NCBI GenBank assembly: GCA_963822445.1
Contig: CAWGHO010000001.1
Location: 448,001-512,000 of the forward strand
Direction: 5' to 3'
From: an uncultured Acidobacteriota bacterium
GTDB lineage: Bacteria > Acidobacteriota > Thermoanaerobaculia > Gp7-AA8
DNA length: 64,000 nucleotides
Shown here: positions 29,249 through 39,046 of the stretch, piece by piece
Layout of the letters: each line of letters opens with the position of its first letter
Position numbering within the stretch: position 1 is the first letter of the stretch
Notes under the pieces: model-generated
What the model was told of the DNA's origin: nothing
Seen by the model: the letters and a program-made list of their open reading frames with translations, nothing else
Databases searched by the model: none
Position numbers and translations under genes: made by a program

Positions 29249-30940
29249 ATGTCCGTCGCCGAAGTTGCAGCGAGCTCCATCCGCCTGCTGATCGTCGAAG
29301 ACGACCTCGCCACCGCGACGCTCTTACGCGATCTCCTGGAATCGACGGCCTCGCCACCGATCGAGACGCGGCACGCGGCCAGTGCGTCTGCCGCATGCGA
29401 GATTCTCGAGCGCGGCGATGCCGACGTGGTGCTTCTGGACCTCGGCCTCCCCGACGCCCGTGACCTCGAAGCGCTCGAGCAACTGCGGCGCTGCAGGCCG
29501 GACATCCCTCTCGTGATTCTCACCGGCAACGGCGATGAGCGGACGGCGCTCGAAGCCCTGAATCATGGTGCCGAGGATTATCTGGTGAAGGCCACCGTCG
29601 ACCGCGCGGGCCTGGTGCGATCGATCCGCTACGCGATCGAGCGCCACCGCAACGTGCGCGAGCTCGAATCCATGAAACGCCAGCTGGAGGACGCGAACGA
29701 GAGCCTCGAGCGGATGACCCTGCACGATCCGCTGACCGACCTGCAGAACCGCCGCGGCCTGCAGCAGGCGCTTTCGCGCGAGATCGAGCGCGTGCAGCGG
29801 TACGGCGAGGCCGTGGCCGTGCTGCTGATCGACATCGACGACTTCAAGCAGGTCAACGAGAAGCTGGGACACGCGGTCGGCGACGTCGCCCTGCAGGAAC
29901 TTGCGCGGCGCATCCGCGGCTCCGTTCGCGGCGTCGACTGCATCGGCCGCCTCGGCGGCGACGAGTTCATGCTCCTCCTTCCGAACGTCGACGACACGTC
30001 CGAAGTCGTTCGCATCGCCGAGCGCGTTCGCCTCCTGATCGCCACGAGCCTCATTCAGCACACCGGCGGCACGATCTCGCTGACCGCGTCGATCGCCGTG
30101 CTCATGCTCACCACCGACACTCCGTCGGTCGATGAGCTGCTCGCGCGGATGCACGAGCTGCTATCGCGCGGAAAACGTGAAGGGAAGAATCGCGTCGTCT
30201 TCGAGCTGGGCAACTTCGACGACACCGACCGGCGTCAGCGCGCGCAGGCGGACATGTGCACGCACCTGGCGAAAGGCACTCATCTGCTGACCATCAAACA
30301 GCCGATCATCCGGCTGGCCGACGAGAGGCCGATAGCGTACGAGTTCCTGAGCCGCTACTCGAACGGCCACTTCGAAGTGCCGGACACGTTTTTCCGCGTC
30401 TGCGCCGAACGGAACATCCTCACCCTCGTCGACCACTTCTGCCTCAAGCGCGCGGTCACCGCCGCGAAGACGCTGCCGCCGTACCTGCGCTTCCACATCA
30501 ACGTGTTCCCGTCAACGCTGCTGGCCATCCCCACCGAACATCTTCTCGCGTCGTTCCCGGCTGACATTCCCCGCGACACGTTTTGCCTGGAGATCAGCGA
30601 GCAGCAGATCATCGGCGACCCGTCGCATCTGCTCCCGCCGGTCACGGCGGCACGCAATGCGGGGTTGTTGATCGCCATCGACGACGTCGGCTTCGGCAGC
30701 AGTTGCCTGGAGAGCCTGATCGTGCTCGAGCCGGACGTGATCAAGATCGACAAGCGGTGCGTGATCGGCATCAGCTCCGACCCCAGCCTGCGCAAGCAGC
30801 TGAACCGCTACATCGGCCTCACCAGCGTCCTCGGCGCGGAGTTGGTGGCTGAAGGCGTCGAGAACGCGCAGGACCTGGCGGTATTGCGCGATTTCGGGAT
30901 CGAGTACGCGCAGGGCTACTACTGGGGCCAGCCGGCGTAA
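29249..30940 (+). CDS. REC-GGDEF-EAL c-di-GMP enzyme
   Basis: LLIVEDD/LDLGLPD receiver, HDPLT, RLGGDEF, EFLSR, DDVGFG, IKID, EGVE, QGY. Confidence 0.93.
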   Translation: MSVAEVAASSIRLLIVEDDLATATLLRDLLESTASPPIETRHAASASAACEILERGDADVVLLDLGLPDARDLEALEQLRRCRPDIPLVILTGNGDERTALEALNHGAEDYLVKATVDRAGLVRSIRYAIERHRNVRELESMKRQLEDANESLERMTLHDPLTDLQNRRGLQQALSREIERVQRYGEAVAVLLIDIDDFKQVNEKLGHAVGDVALQELARRIRGSVRGVDCIGRLGGDEFMLLLPNVDDTSEVVRIAERVRLLIATSLIQHTGGTISLTASIAVLMLTTDTPSVDELLARMHELLSRGKREGKNRVVFELGNFDDTDRRQRAQADMCTHLAKGTHLLTIKQPIIRLADERPIAYEFLSRYSNGHFEVPDTFFRVCAERNILTLVDHFCLKRAVTAAKTLPPYLRFHINVFPSTLLAIPTEHLLASFPADIPRDTFCLEISEQQIIGDPSHLLPPVTAARNAGLLIAIDDVGFGSSCLESLIVLEPDVIKIDKRCVIGISSDPSLRKQLNRYIGLTSVLGAELVAEGVENAQDLAVLRDFGIEYAQGYYWGQPA

Positions 30941-31074
30941 TTGCGGGCAGTGGGCAGCGGACAGTGGGCAGGCAGTCACTAATGTCAGGCGCGTTGCGCC
31001 GCCCGGAGCCGTGAGGGCGCGGCCGGGAAGTTCGTGCCGCAAGGCGCAGCAACCGACGCAGCGGCTCGTAGCCG

Positions 31075-32880
31075 CTAAATCCCCGTAACCCGCACGACTT
31101 CCTCGAAGCTCGTGATCCCCTCGGCCAGTTTGCGCAGCGCGCTTTGCCGCAGGGTGCGCATACCGCGCTTGATGGCCATGTCCTTGATCTTCAGGAAGTC
31201 TTCCTTGCGATCGATCATGTCCCGGATGGCGTTGTCGACCGGCAGGATCTCGAAGATGCCCGTGCGGCCGAAGTAACCGGTGTTGCGGCAGCGGATGCAG
31301 CCCGCGCCTTCCTTCACGATGATCCGCTTGCCCTGCGGCGCCTGCAGGTTGAGCATCCCCGCTTCTTCGATCGTCAGCGGCCGGTTGGTCTTGCAGTCGT
31401 TGCAGATCTTCCGCAGAAGGCGCTGGGCCATCGTGCCGATCAGCGACGACGAGATCAGGAACGGCTGGATGTCGAGATCCACGAGACGCGTGATCGAGGT
31501 CGCCGCGTCATTCGTGTGCAGCGTGGAGAAGACCAGGTGCCCCGTGAGCGCGGCCTGAATCGCGTTCTGCGCGGTCTCCGTGTCGCGGATCTCGCCGACC
31601 ATGATGATGTCCGGATCCTGGCGGAGGATCGTGCGCAGCGCGGCGGCAAAGGTGATCCCGAGCTTGGTCTGGACCGCGGTCTGATTGAACTCGTCGGCCA
31701 CCATCTCGATCGGATCTTCGATGGTGGTGATGTTGATCTCCGGCGAGGCCAGCGACTTGAGCGCCGAATACAGCGTGACCGTTTTACCCGATCCGGTCGG
31801 TCCGGTGACCAGGATGATTCCGTGCGGCCGCTTGATCCAGTCGGCGAACGTCTTCAGCTCGTCTTCATAGAACCCGAGGCCGCTGAGGTCGCGGATCATG
31901 ATGTCCGGGTCGAAGATGCGCATGACCACCTTCTCGCCGAATGCCGTCGGAAGCGTGGAAACGCGCAGCTCGATCTCTTTTCCCTCGCGCTCGGTTTTGA
32001 TGCGGCCGTCCTGGGGGCGGCGCTTCTCGGCGATGTCCATGCGGCACATCGTCTTGAGGCGCGAGGTGATGGCGAGGTTCACGAGCTTCGGCACGCGCTG
32101 GATCTCGTGCAGCACGCCGTCGATACGGAAGCGGATGTTGGCGTGCTCGCGCTTCGGCTCGATGTGAATGTCGGACGCGCGCGAGTCGTACGCGTGCTGC
32201 AGGAGGAAATCGACGGCATTGACGATGTGCGCGTCGCTGGTCTCGATCTCCGTGCCCGACTTGAGCTTGATGTACTGCTCGAGGTTGCCGAGGTCGATCG
32301 CGCCTTTGCTCAGGTCGCGCTCGGCCTTGGTGACCGACGCGCGGAAGCCGTACTGCTCGTTGATCACCCCCATCACGTCCGACTCCGACGCGACGACGAT
32401 GTCGAGCTCCTGCTTGGCCATCGGCTTGTACGAATCGATGGCGCCGGTGTCGAAGGGGTTGACCACGGCCACGACGAGCTTTCCGTCGCGAACGGCGACC
32501 GGAATCATTTTGTGCCGCCGGGCGAAGGGGCGGGAGATCTTCGACTCGATCATCTCCACGTCGAGCTTGAGCGCGTCGATCTTGTAGAACGGCAGATGGG
32601 CGTCTTCGGCGATGAGACGCGCCATCAGAAAGTCGTCGATGCGCGTTCCGTTGCCGCTGGCATCGGTGAGGTTCATCGCCGCGATCACGCGGAACGGACT
32701 GCCGTCCTCATCGGACCGCGATTTGGAGCTGCGAGCCAGCGTGCGGAAGTGACGGTCCGCCGCTTCGATGTCGGCGCGCTGGCGCTCGTCGACGAAACCC
32801 GCCCCGCGAAGAAGATCACCGAGATACGAGACCGTAATCTCGCGCGCGGACTTGGGGATGGGGATGTTGGTGACCGTCAT
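31075..32880 (-). CDS. GspE/PilB family secretion/pilus ATPase
   Basis: ASDIHIEP, AEKRRPQDG, GPTGSGKT, LRQDPDIIMVGEIRD, STLHTN, CxxC motifs. Confidence 0.95.
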   Translation of the reverse strand: MTVTNIPIPKSAREITVSYLGDLLRGAGFVDERQRADIEAADRHFRTLARSSKSRSDEDGSPFRVIAAMNLTDASGNGTRIDDFLMARLIAEDAHLPFYKIDALKLDVEMIESKISRPFARRHKMIPVAVRDGKLVVAVVNPFDTGAIDSYKPMAKQELDIVVASESDVMGVINEQYGFRASVTKAERDLSKGAIDLGNLEQYIKLKSGTEIETSDAHIVNAVDFLLQHAYDSRASDIHIEPKREHANIRFRIDGVLHEIQRVPKLVNLAITSRLKTMCRMDIAEKRRPQDGRIKTEREGKEIELRVSTLPTAFGEKVVMRIFDPDIMIRDLSGLGFYEDELKTFADWIKRPHGIILVTGPTGSGKTVTLYSALKSLASPEINITTIEDPIEMVADEFNQTAVQTKLGITFAAALRTILRQDPDIIMVGEIRDTETAQNAIQAALTGHLVFSTLHTNDAATSITRLVDLDIQPFLISSSLIGTMAQRLLRKICNDCKTNRPLTIEEAGMLNLQAPQGKRIIVKEGAGCIRCRNTGYFGRTGIFEILPVDNAIRDMIDRKEDFLKIKDMAIKRGMRTLRQSALRKLAEGITSFEEVVRVTGI

Positions 32881-32886
32881 GGTGAA

Positions 32887-32975
32887 GGCAGAAAGCAGAA
32901 GGCAGAAGTCAGAAGGGCAGAACTGAGAATTTCATGCGATTGTACTTCTGCCCTCTGCCTTCTGCCCTCCGCCTT
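32887..32975. repeat. Inverted pair of 7-mer tandem repeats (GGCAGAA / TTCTGCC)
   Basis: GGCAGAAAGCAGAAGGCAGAAGTCAGAAGGGCAGAA...TTCTGCCCTCTGCCTTCTGCCCTCCGCC. Confidence 0.8.
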
Positions 32976-34154
32976 TCAGTGGACCTCCAGCAAAAATCCC
33001 TTGAGGTACTCCCCTTCCGGGCAATACAGCGACACCGGATGATCGGGCCCGGCCGTGAGCCGGCGCACGATCGAGACGCGCCGTCCCGCATCGACCGCAG
33101 CCGCGAAGATCACCTTCTGAAACAGGTCGAGGGACATGTGACCCGAGCAGGAGAACGTCATCATCAATCCGCCCGGCTCGGCGAGACGCATCGCGTGAAG
33201 GTTGATGTCTTTGTAACCGCGCGCCGCGCGATCGACTTCGCCGCGCGATTTGGCAAAGGCCGGCGGGTCGCAGACGATCAGGCCGTACTGCTCGCGATGC
33301 TGCCGTACCCACTGGAAAGCGTCAGCGACGGTGAGCTCCGCCTCGGAATTGTTCAGCGCATGGTTTTCGCGCGCGACTTCGATCGCATCCTTCGACACAT
33401 CGACATTCGTCACCGACGCGGCTCCGCCCGCCGCCGCATACACGCCGAACGCTCCGGTGTACGAAAACAGATTGAGGACGCGTCGTCCCGATGCGAGTGT
33501 TCCCGCGAGCCGGCGGTTTTCGCGCTGATCGAGAAAGAAGCCTGTCTTCTGCCCTTTGCCCGCGTCCACGCGAAATGCAAGGCCGCTTTCGAGAATGCGC
33601 ACCGGCTCGACCGGCTCTTCCTCGGTCGGCAGCCGCTCGATCTCCCGCACTGGAAGATCGTTCTTGAAGTGGATGGCGCGCGGCGCGAGGTCGCGCTCGA
33701 GCGTCTCCACGATCAGCGGTTTGATCAGCTCCACGCCGCGATTGGCGATCTCGACCACGAGGAGGTCGTCGTAGCGATCGATCACCAGACCGCTGAGCTC
33801 ATCGCCGTCAGCGTGGACCAGCCTCGCGCAGTTCGTCGTTTCGTCGAGGATCGGCCGGCGACGCGCGATCGCCCGCGTCAAACGCGCAGCAATCACATCC
33901 GCGGTCAGCTCTTCTTCACCGAACGTGAGCGCCCGCAACCGGATCTGCGAATGACGCGAGTAAAAACCCGAGGCGATGCGCGTGCCTTCGCCGTCCACCA
34001 GATCGCCGATGGCCGCGTCTTCGGGCCCCTTTTCGGTGTGAATCGCACCGGCGAAGATCCAGGGATGGCGATTCGCGACGACACGCTCTTTTCCGCGTTT
34101 CAGAACAAGCGTTCGCCTTTGTTTCGAATCGAACACGTTCGGAAGGTTGGTCAT
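32976..34154 (-). CDS. rlmI: 23S rRNA m5C1962 methyltransferase-like (PUA + SAM MTase)
   Basis: HPWIF PUA, GQKTGFFLDQREN, VLNLFSYTGAF, DPPAF, FSCS, DHP..PEGEYLK. Confidence 0.9.
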   Translation of the reverse strand: MTNLPNVFDSKQRRTLVLKRGKERVVANRHPWIFAGAIHTEKGPEDAAIGDLVDGEGTRIASGFYSRHSQIRLRALTFGEEELTADVIAARLTRAIARRRPILDETTNCARLVHADGDELSGLVIDRYDDLLVVEIANRGVELIKPLIVETLERDLAPRAIHFKNDLPVREIERLPTEEEPVEPVRILESGLAFRVDAGKGQKTGFFLDQRENRRLAGTLASGRRVLNLFSYTGAFGVYAAAGGAASVTNVDVSKDAIEVARENHALNNSEAELTVADAFQWVRQHREQYGLIVCDPPAFAKSRGEVDRAARGYKDINLHAMRLAEPGGLMMTFSCSGHMSLDLFQKVIFAAAVDAGRRVSIVRRLTAGPDHPVSLYCPEGEYLKGFLLEVH

Positions 34155-34170
34155 CGGTATAATCGCCGCC

Positions 34171-34674
34171 ATGCCATCGCTGGCGACCAAGCAGTTCCAC
34201 ACCCAGTGCCAGGAAGAGGTCTACCGGCAGGTGAAGTCGTACCTCGATGAGCTGGTGGACGAGCACTTCGATGACGCATCGCACTGCGACTTCTATCTCA
34301 AGTACGGCTCGACCGTGCTGGAGATCTCGATCGATCCGTACGAGGAAGACGACGCGGTCATCGAGATCCTCGCCTTCTGCGTGCAGGGTGCCGACCCCAC
34401 GTTCGAGCTGATGCAGGAGCTGCTGCTGCTCAATGCCGAGGTGCCGCTGGGGGCGTTCAGCGTGGTCGGCAATGACATCTACTACTCGCACTCGTTCCTC
34501 GGCCGCCGCCTCCGTCCGGAGCAACTGATCGCCTCGCTCGACAGCGTGGCCAGCATCTCCGACCTCTACGACGAGCGCCTCGTTGCCAAGTACGGCGGCG
34601 AGACCGCGCTGGAGCGTATCCGCAGCAATGCGGACATCGGCCGCGCCGCCGCCGCTCACGCGCAGAACAACTGA
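34171..34674 (+). CDS. YbjN / T3SS-chaperone-fold protein
   Basis: KYGSTVLEI, ELLLLNAEVPLGAFSV, SDLYDERLVAKYGG. Confidence 0.7.
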   Translation: MPSLATKQFHTQCQEEVYRQVKSYLDELVDEHFDDASHCDFYLKYGSTVLEISIDPYEEDDAVIEILAFCVQGADPTFELMQELLLLNAEVPLGAFSVVGNDIYYSHSFLGRRLRPEQLIASLDSVASISDLYDERLVAKYGGETALERIRSNADIGRAAAAHAQNN

Positions 34675-34688
34675 CCGAGCGAAGCGAG

Positions 34689-34716
34689 TGTCATCCTGAG
34701 CGCAGTCGAAGGATCT
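34689..34716. repeat. Single REP-like arm
   Basis: TGTCATCCTGAGCGCAGTCGAAGGATCT, loosely related to the arms at 3578-3690. Confidence 0.55.
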
Positions 34717-34746
34717 ACGGCACATCGATTGCTCTCTAAAGCCGTA

Positions 34747-35361
34747 ATGACGACTCGAATCGGAGCCGCAGCGGCGATTCTCACACTCGCGCTCGCTTCC
34801 ACCGCCTGCACCGGCGGCAGCGAGACGAATGCCGCAGAAGAGGCGCCGAAAGCCACGACCGCAGCTGTTGCGGCCCAGGAGAAGATCGACGCGCGGCGCG
34901 AGCTCGAATCGATCAGCCGGGCCATCCCCATCTATCACGGCGCCCAGTTCAATCCCGACCTCAGCAAGCGCGACGAGATCACGATCCGCAATCAGTTCGG
35001 CCCGAATGCCGAGGTCTACACCCTGGCCACGGACGACTCGTTCCCCCAGGTCTTCCACTACTACACGACCTACCTCGGCCAGTTCGGCGGATATCAGCCC
35101 CAGGACACCTATCCCCCGAAACAGCAGAACTGGCGCAATCTCGAGGTGCAGCTCAATCAGGCCATGCAGGACCCCTTCATCCCCGGCCAGGGCATCGATC
35201 CCACCGGCCGCCAGGTGACCCTGCAGATCGCGGAGACCGAGGCCGAGCCGAAGACGGTGATCCGGTACGTGGTGACGCCGTATTCGCCGCCGGCGGCCGC
35301 GCCGCCACCCCCGGTTGCCGCAGTGACGACTCCGGCGCAGACACAGCCTGTGACACGATAG
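34747..35361 (+). CDS. Hypothetical lipoprotein
   Basis: Signal peptide with STAC lipobox. Confidence 0.75.
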   Translation: MTTRIGAAAAILTLALASTACTGGSETNAAEEAPKATTAAVAAQEKIDARRELESISRAIPIYHGAQFNPDLSKRDEITIRNQFGPNAEVYTLATDDSFPQVFHYYTTYLGQFGGYQPQDTYPPKQQNWRNLEVQLNQAMQDPFIPGQGIDPTGRQVTLQIAETEAEPKTVIRYVVTPYSPPAAAPPPPVAAVTTPAQTQPVTR

Positions 35362-35438
35362 AGGCTCAAAGGCGCAAGGGCTCAAAGGCGCAAAGCTTTG
35401 AGCCTCTGAGCCTCTGAGCCTCTGAGCCTTTGAGCCTT
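35361..35438. repeat. Inverted pair of 8-mer tandem repeats (AGGCTCAA / CTGAGCCT)
   Basis: AGGCTCAAAGGCGCAAGGGCTCAAAGGCGCAAAGCTTTGAGCCTCTGAGCCTCTGAGCCTCTGAGCCTTTGAGCCT. Confidence 0.8.
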
Positions 35439-35439
35439 C

Positions 35440-36216
35440 ATGTTTTCCCGCATCCTCATCCCCACCGACTTCTCGACCGCTTCCGAGTGGGTCTTCGACG
35501 ATGCCGTGCGCATTGCCGGCGCGTCGGGGGCGGAGATCGTCATCCTCCATGTGCGCATGACGCGCACTTCGCATCCCGACGAATTGCGCTTCCCCGCCGA
35601 CGCGTCGATCTACGAGTATGCCGAGCAGCAGGAGCTCGATCGCCTTCGCGATCGCGTGCGGCGCGCCAACGCGACCGTCGCCACGCGGCTGATCGTGCGG
35701 CAGGCGCCGGATCCGGGGCATGAGATCTGTCGGACTGCCGAGGCGGAGAACGTGGACCTCATCGTCATCGCCACGCACGCGCGGCATCACGTCTCCCACC
35801 TGTTCATCGGAGCGACGACCGTGGCCGTGATCGAAAACCCTCCTGCACCGGTGCTCGCCATCCGCTACGGAATTCGCAAGCGATCCGAGCTTCATCGCGT
35901 GATCGTGCCGGTGCATTTCGAACAGACCTCGCGCGCCGCGCTGGAGCTCGCGACGCGCATGAACCTCGAAGTACAACTCGTGATCGTCTGTGATGAGAAA
36001 GACACGGCGCGCGCCGAAGCTCACTTGCGGTCGCTCGATATCCCGAGCGCCACGACGCGCGTGATCCAGGGCGACGATGCTCACAAGGAGATCGTCCGCT
36101 ACGCCGCGAAGTCGGACGTCGACGCGATTTTCCTGAACGCCGCGAAAGAACCGACCGAGGGGAAGCTGGACATCATTCGCCACGCGCCGGTGCCGGTCAT
36201 GGTCGTTCCGGCGTAG
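35440..36216 (+). CDS. Universal stress protein (tandem USP)
   Basis: ILIPTDFS, DLIVIATHAR, HAPVPVMVV. Confidence 0.9.
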   Translation: MFSRILIPTDFSTASEWVFDDAVRIAGASGAEIVILHVRMTRTSHPDELRFPADASIYEYAEQQELDRLRDRVRRANATVATRLIVRQAPDPGHEICRTAEAENVDLIVIATHARHHVSHLFIGATTVAVIENPPAPVLAIRYGIRKRSELHRVIVPVHFEQTSRAALELATRMNLEVQLVIVCDEKDTARAEAHLRSLDIPSATTRVIQGDDAHKEIVRYAAKSDVDAIFLNAAKEPTEGKLDIIRHAPVPVMVVPA

Positions 36217-39007
36217 TGCGCATCGTCTCGATCAGCTCTGCAACGCTCTCGAATCGCTCCTCCGCCTTTTTCGAGAGCGCGCGCTCCAGCGCGTCGGACA
36301 CGTGCTGCGGGATGTCGGGGACGACTTCGCGGATCGGCGGAAACGGCACTTCCGTGTGGCCCCGGACGACGGACGCCAGATCGGTCGAGCGTCCGAGGGG
36401 ATGTTCGCCGGCGATCAGTTCATAGGCGATCAAAGCGAGGCTGTACTGATCGGATTTCGGATCGGCGTTCTTCCCGCTGAGGACTTCCGGCGCCATGTAC
36501 ATGAGCGTCCCGACGACGCCCGCGCTGTGACCCGATTGCACGAGCGTGGCCTCGTCCTCACCGATCGGGCCTGTGAGCTTGGCCAGGCCGAAATCGAGCA
36601 CGCGCGGCGCGAGGACCGAGTGCGAGCGCACGATCATGATGTTCTCCGGCTTGAGATCGCGATGGACGACGCCGACTTTGTGAGCCGCGTCGACGGCCTC
36701 ACCGACCGGCGCGAGGATGCTCAACGCGGCGCCGAGCGGCTGCGGCCCCGAGGCGATCGTCTTTCGCAGCGTGTCGCCGTCGAGATACTCCATCACAAGG
36801 TACGCGTGGCCCGAGGGCAGCACCCCGAAGTCGTGAATGGTGACGATGGCCGGGTGCTTGAGACGCGCGACGATCCGCGCTTCGCGCTCGAACCGAGTGC
36901 GCATCGAAGCACTGCCTACCAGATGCGCGAGGAGCACTTTGATCGCGACCGGCCGGTTGAGCCGCTTCTGCGTCGCGAGATACACCGACCCCATTCCGCC
37001 GCGTCCCAGAAGCCGCGTAACGACGTACTTCTCCTCGATGACGTGCGGCACGCCCGATTCGGAAACGAGATCCTGCTGATCGAGCTCGCACTTCACCGCG
37101 TCCGGCGCGTAGCAGCGGTCGCAGCGCGGACAAAGCCGGACGACGTCGCTCATCTGCAGATGGACCGGCGCAGGCGTCGGCGGCGACCAGACCAGCGACG
37201 GCGAATGCTTGAGCCGCGTGTAATCGAGGGTGAGCGCGAGCTGCCCGCCCAGCATCCGCAACAGCTCGCGATCCTCACCCCCGTACGGCTCCTCGGACAT
37301 CCGCTCGCCGAGCACCATCACGCCGGCGAGCCGGCGATCGATCAGGAGCGGCACGATGAGATGCGCGTCGGCGAGTCGCAGCCACTCCCGTTCCTCGTCG
37401 GACAGCCGTTGCAGCAACACTTTGGTCTGCCGCCCATGCACGTCCAGCGGCTCCTCGTCGTTCGCGAGCAGTGCGGCGAGCGTTCCGTTCGCGCTCAGCG
37501 GTGGGACGTCCGCCGGTACCTCACCGCGATGAAAGCCGCGATGCAATTGGGCGCCCTCCGGATCGAGCGGCCAGAGGGAGATGTGTTTCGGGTGCAGGGC
37601 TTTGTCGATCTCATCGAGCGACGCGCGAGAGATCGCGAGCACGTCCGATCCGCCGCGCACGATCGATACGACGTGCAGGAGCAGGCGCCGGGCGTCGTAC
37701 TGCTCGCGGAAGAAGCGGCGATCGAGCGCTTCGAGGAGGCGGTTGCGATAGCGGATGACAGCGATCAGCGGAAGGATGAGCAGCAGGTAAACGCCGGGCG
37801 TGGCGATCAACAGGTCCGCCAGCGAGTCGCGACGATGACGGTACAGGAAGAACGCCAGGCCGAGGATCGGCAGCGACATCAGCACGAGCAACGTGCTGCG
37901 AGCCAGCGCGTACTGCAGGCTGCGCCGCACCAGGACGCGGATGTTGTACATGCGGTGCCGGACGACCGCGTACGCGTAAAGAGCCGAGCCGATCGCCGTC
38001 GCCGGCATCTGCAGGAGCCGTGAGACCTGGCTCCAGCCGAAGCCGAGGTTCAGGGTGTTCACCGTGTAATCGAAGATGAACGCGCCGGCCCCAGGCAGCA
38101 GCGACAGGAAAACGAGCTTCACGCGGCGGCGCGCATTCGCGTCCTCCATGCGCCGAAAGCGCACCACCAGGATGACCAGCGACGCGAGCAGGAGCAGCGC
38201 GCCGGTCGGCGAATACGCGTCCGTCCACGGTAATGGCGCACGTCCCACATTGCCGCGGAGTCGCTCGAAGCTGTGGGCGACAATTTCGATGAACGTCGGA
38301 ATCACTGCGATGTAGGGCAGCCACTCCCACCACCGCCGCTTCTCGGACCGCTCGCTCGGGAAGATCAGCGCGAAGTGCACGACCACGGAGAAGAAGAACG
38401 ACGCGAAGGCCGCGTCGATCAGCACCAACGGGACCCGCAACGGCTCCGGAATCGCACGCCACACGATCCCGAAGCCGGAGAGGTTGAACATGAACATGCA
38501 GCCGGCCCAATAGACCAGCGACATGGCCGAGATCCGCGCGTCGCGATAGTCCGGCCGCAGGAGCAGCAGCGCGACGCCGAGGCTGATCATGAAGACGTGC
38601 AGCGGATAGGAGAGGTAATTCGCGATCGCCGAGACCGTCCGCGCGCCGCCCGCGCGGAAGCTCCGCCAACGGAGTGTGTTGTTCGCGACGGTCGTGATCC
38701 GCAGTGTCTTCGTCGTGCCGTCGCGCTCGATCACCACCGGCACCGTGTCGCCTGCTTTCACGAAGTAGAGAGGCACGACCTCGACGCCGACGGGATGTCC
38801 GTTGAGCGAGACGATCGTGTCGCCGACCTTCAGACCCGCCTCTTTCGCCGGACCGTCGGCGGTGACGTGCAGGACTTTGCCGGTGCTACGCGCGTACTCG
38901 GCGCCGATCGTCGGGCGCGTGGTGAGACTGTAGAAATTGAGCGTGAGAATCGCTGTAGCGACGATGACCTGTGCCCAGCAGAACATCACCAGCGGACGCG
39001 TTTTCAT
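36197..39007 (-). CDS. Membrane Ser/Thr kinase (PDZ - multi-TM - GAF - Cys motif - Hanks kinase)
   Basis: GPAKEAGLKVGDTI PDZ; TM helices; LIVPLL..GVMVLG GAF; CPRCDRC; LGRGGMGSVY, VAIK, HRDLKPEN, DFG, YMAPE. Confidence 0.93.
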   Translation of the reverse strand: MKTRPLVMFCWAQVIVATAILTLNFYSLTTRPTIGAEYARSTGKVLHVTADGPAKEAGLKVGDTIVSLNGHPVGVEVVPLYFVKAGDTVPVVIERDGTTKTLRITTVANNTLRWRSFRAGGARTVSAIANYLSYPLHVFMISLGVALLLLRPDYRDARISAMSLVYWAGCMFMFNLSGFGIVWRAIPEPLRVPLVLIDAAFASFFFSVVVHFALIFPSERSEKRRWWEWLPYIAVIPTFIEIVAHSFERLRGNVGRAPLPWTDAYSPTGALLLLASLVILVVRFRRMEDANARRRVKLVFLSLLPGAGAFIFDYTVNTLNLGFGWSQVSRLLQMPATAIGSALYAYAVVRHRMYNIRVLVRRSLQYALARSTLLVLMSLPILGLAFFLYRHRRDSLADLLIATPGVYLLLILPLIAVIRYRNRLLEALDRRFFREQYDARRLLLHVVSIVRGGSDVLAISRASLDEIDKALHPKHISLWPLDPEGAQLHRGFHRGEVPADVPPLSANGTLAALLANDEEPLDVHGRQTKVLLQRLSDEEREWLRLADAHLIVPLLIDRRLAGVMVLGERMSEEPYGGEDRELLRMLGGQLALTLDYTRLKHSPSLVWSPPTPAPVHLQMSDVVRLCPRCDRCYAPDAVKCELDQQDLVSESGVPHVIEEKYVVTRLLGRGGMGSVYLATQKRLNRPVAIKVLLAHLVGSASMRTRFEREARIVARLKHPAIVTIHDFGVLPSGHAYLVMEYLDGDTLRKTIASGPQPLGAALSILAPVGEAVDAAHKVGVVHRDLKPENIMIVRSHSVLAPRVLDFGLAKLTGPIGEDEATLVQSGHSAGVVGTLMYMAPEVLSGKNADPKSDQYSLALIAYELIAGEHPLGRSTDLASVVRGHTEVPFPPIREVVPDIPQHVSDALERALSKKAEERFESVAELIETMRTTPERP

Positions 39008-39046
39008 CTCTGGATGGGGACCTGTCCCGATTGTACGATGCGGCTC

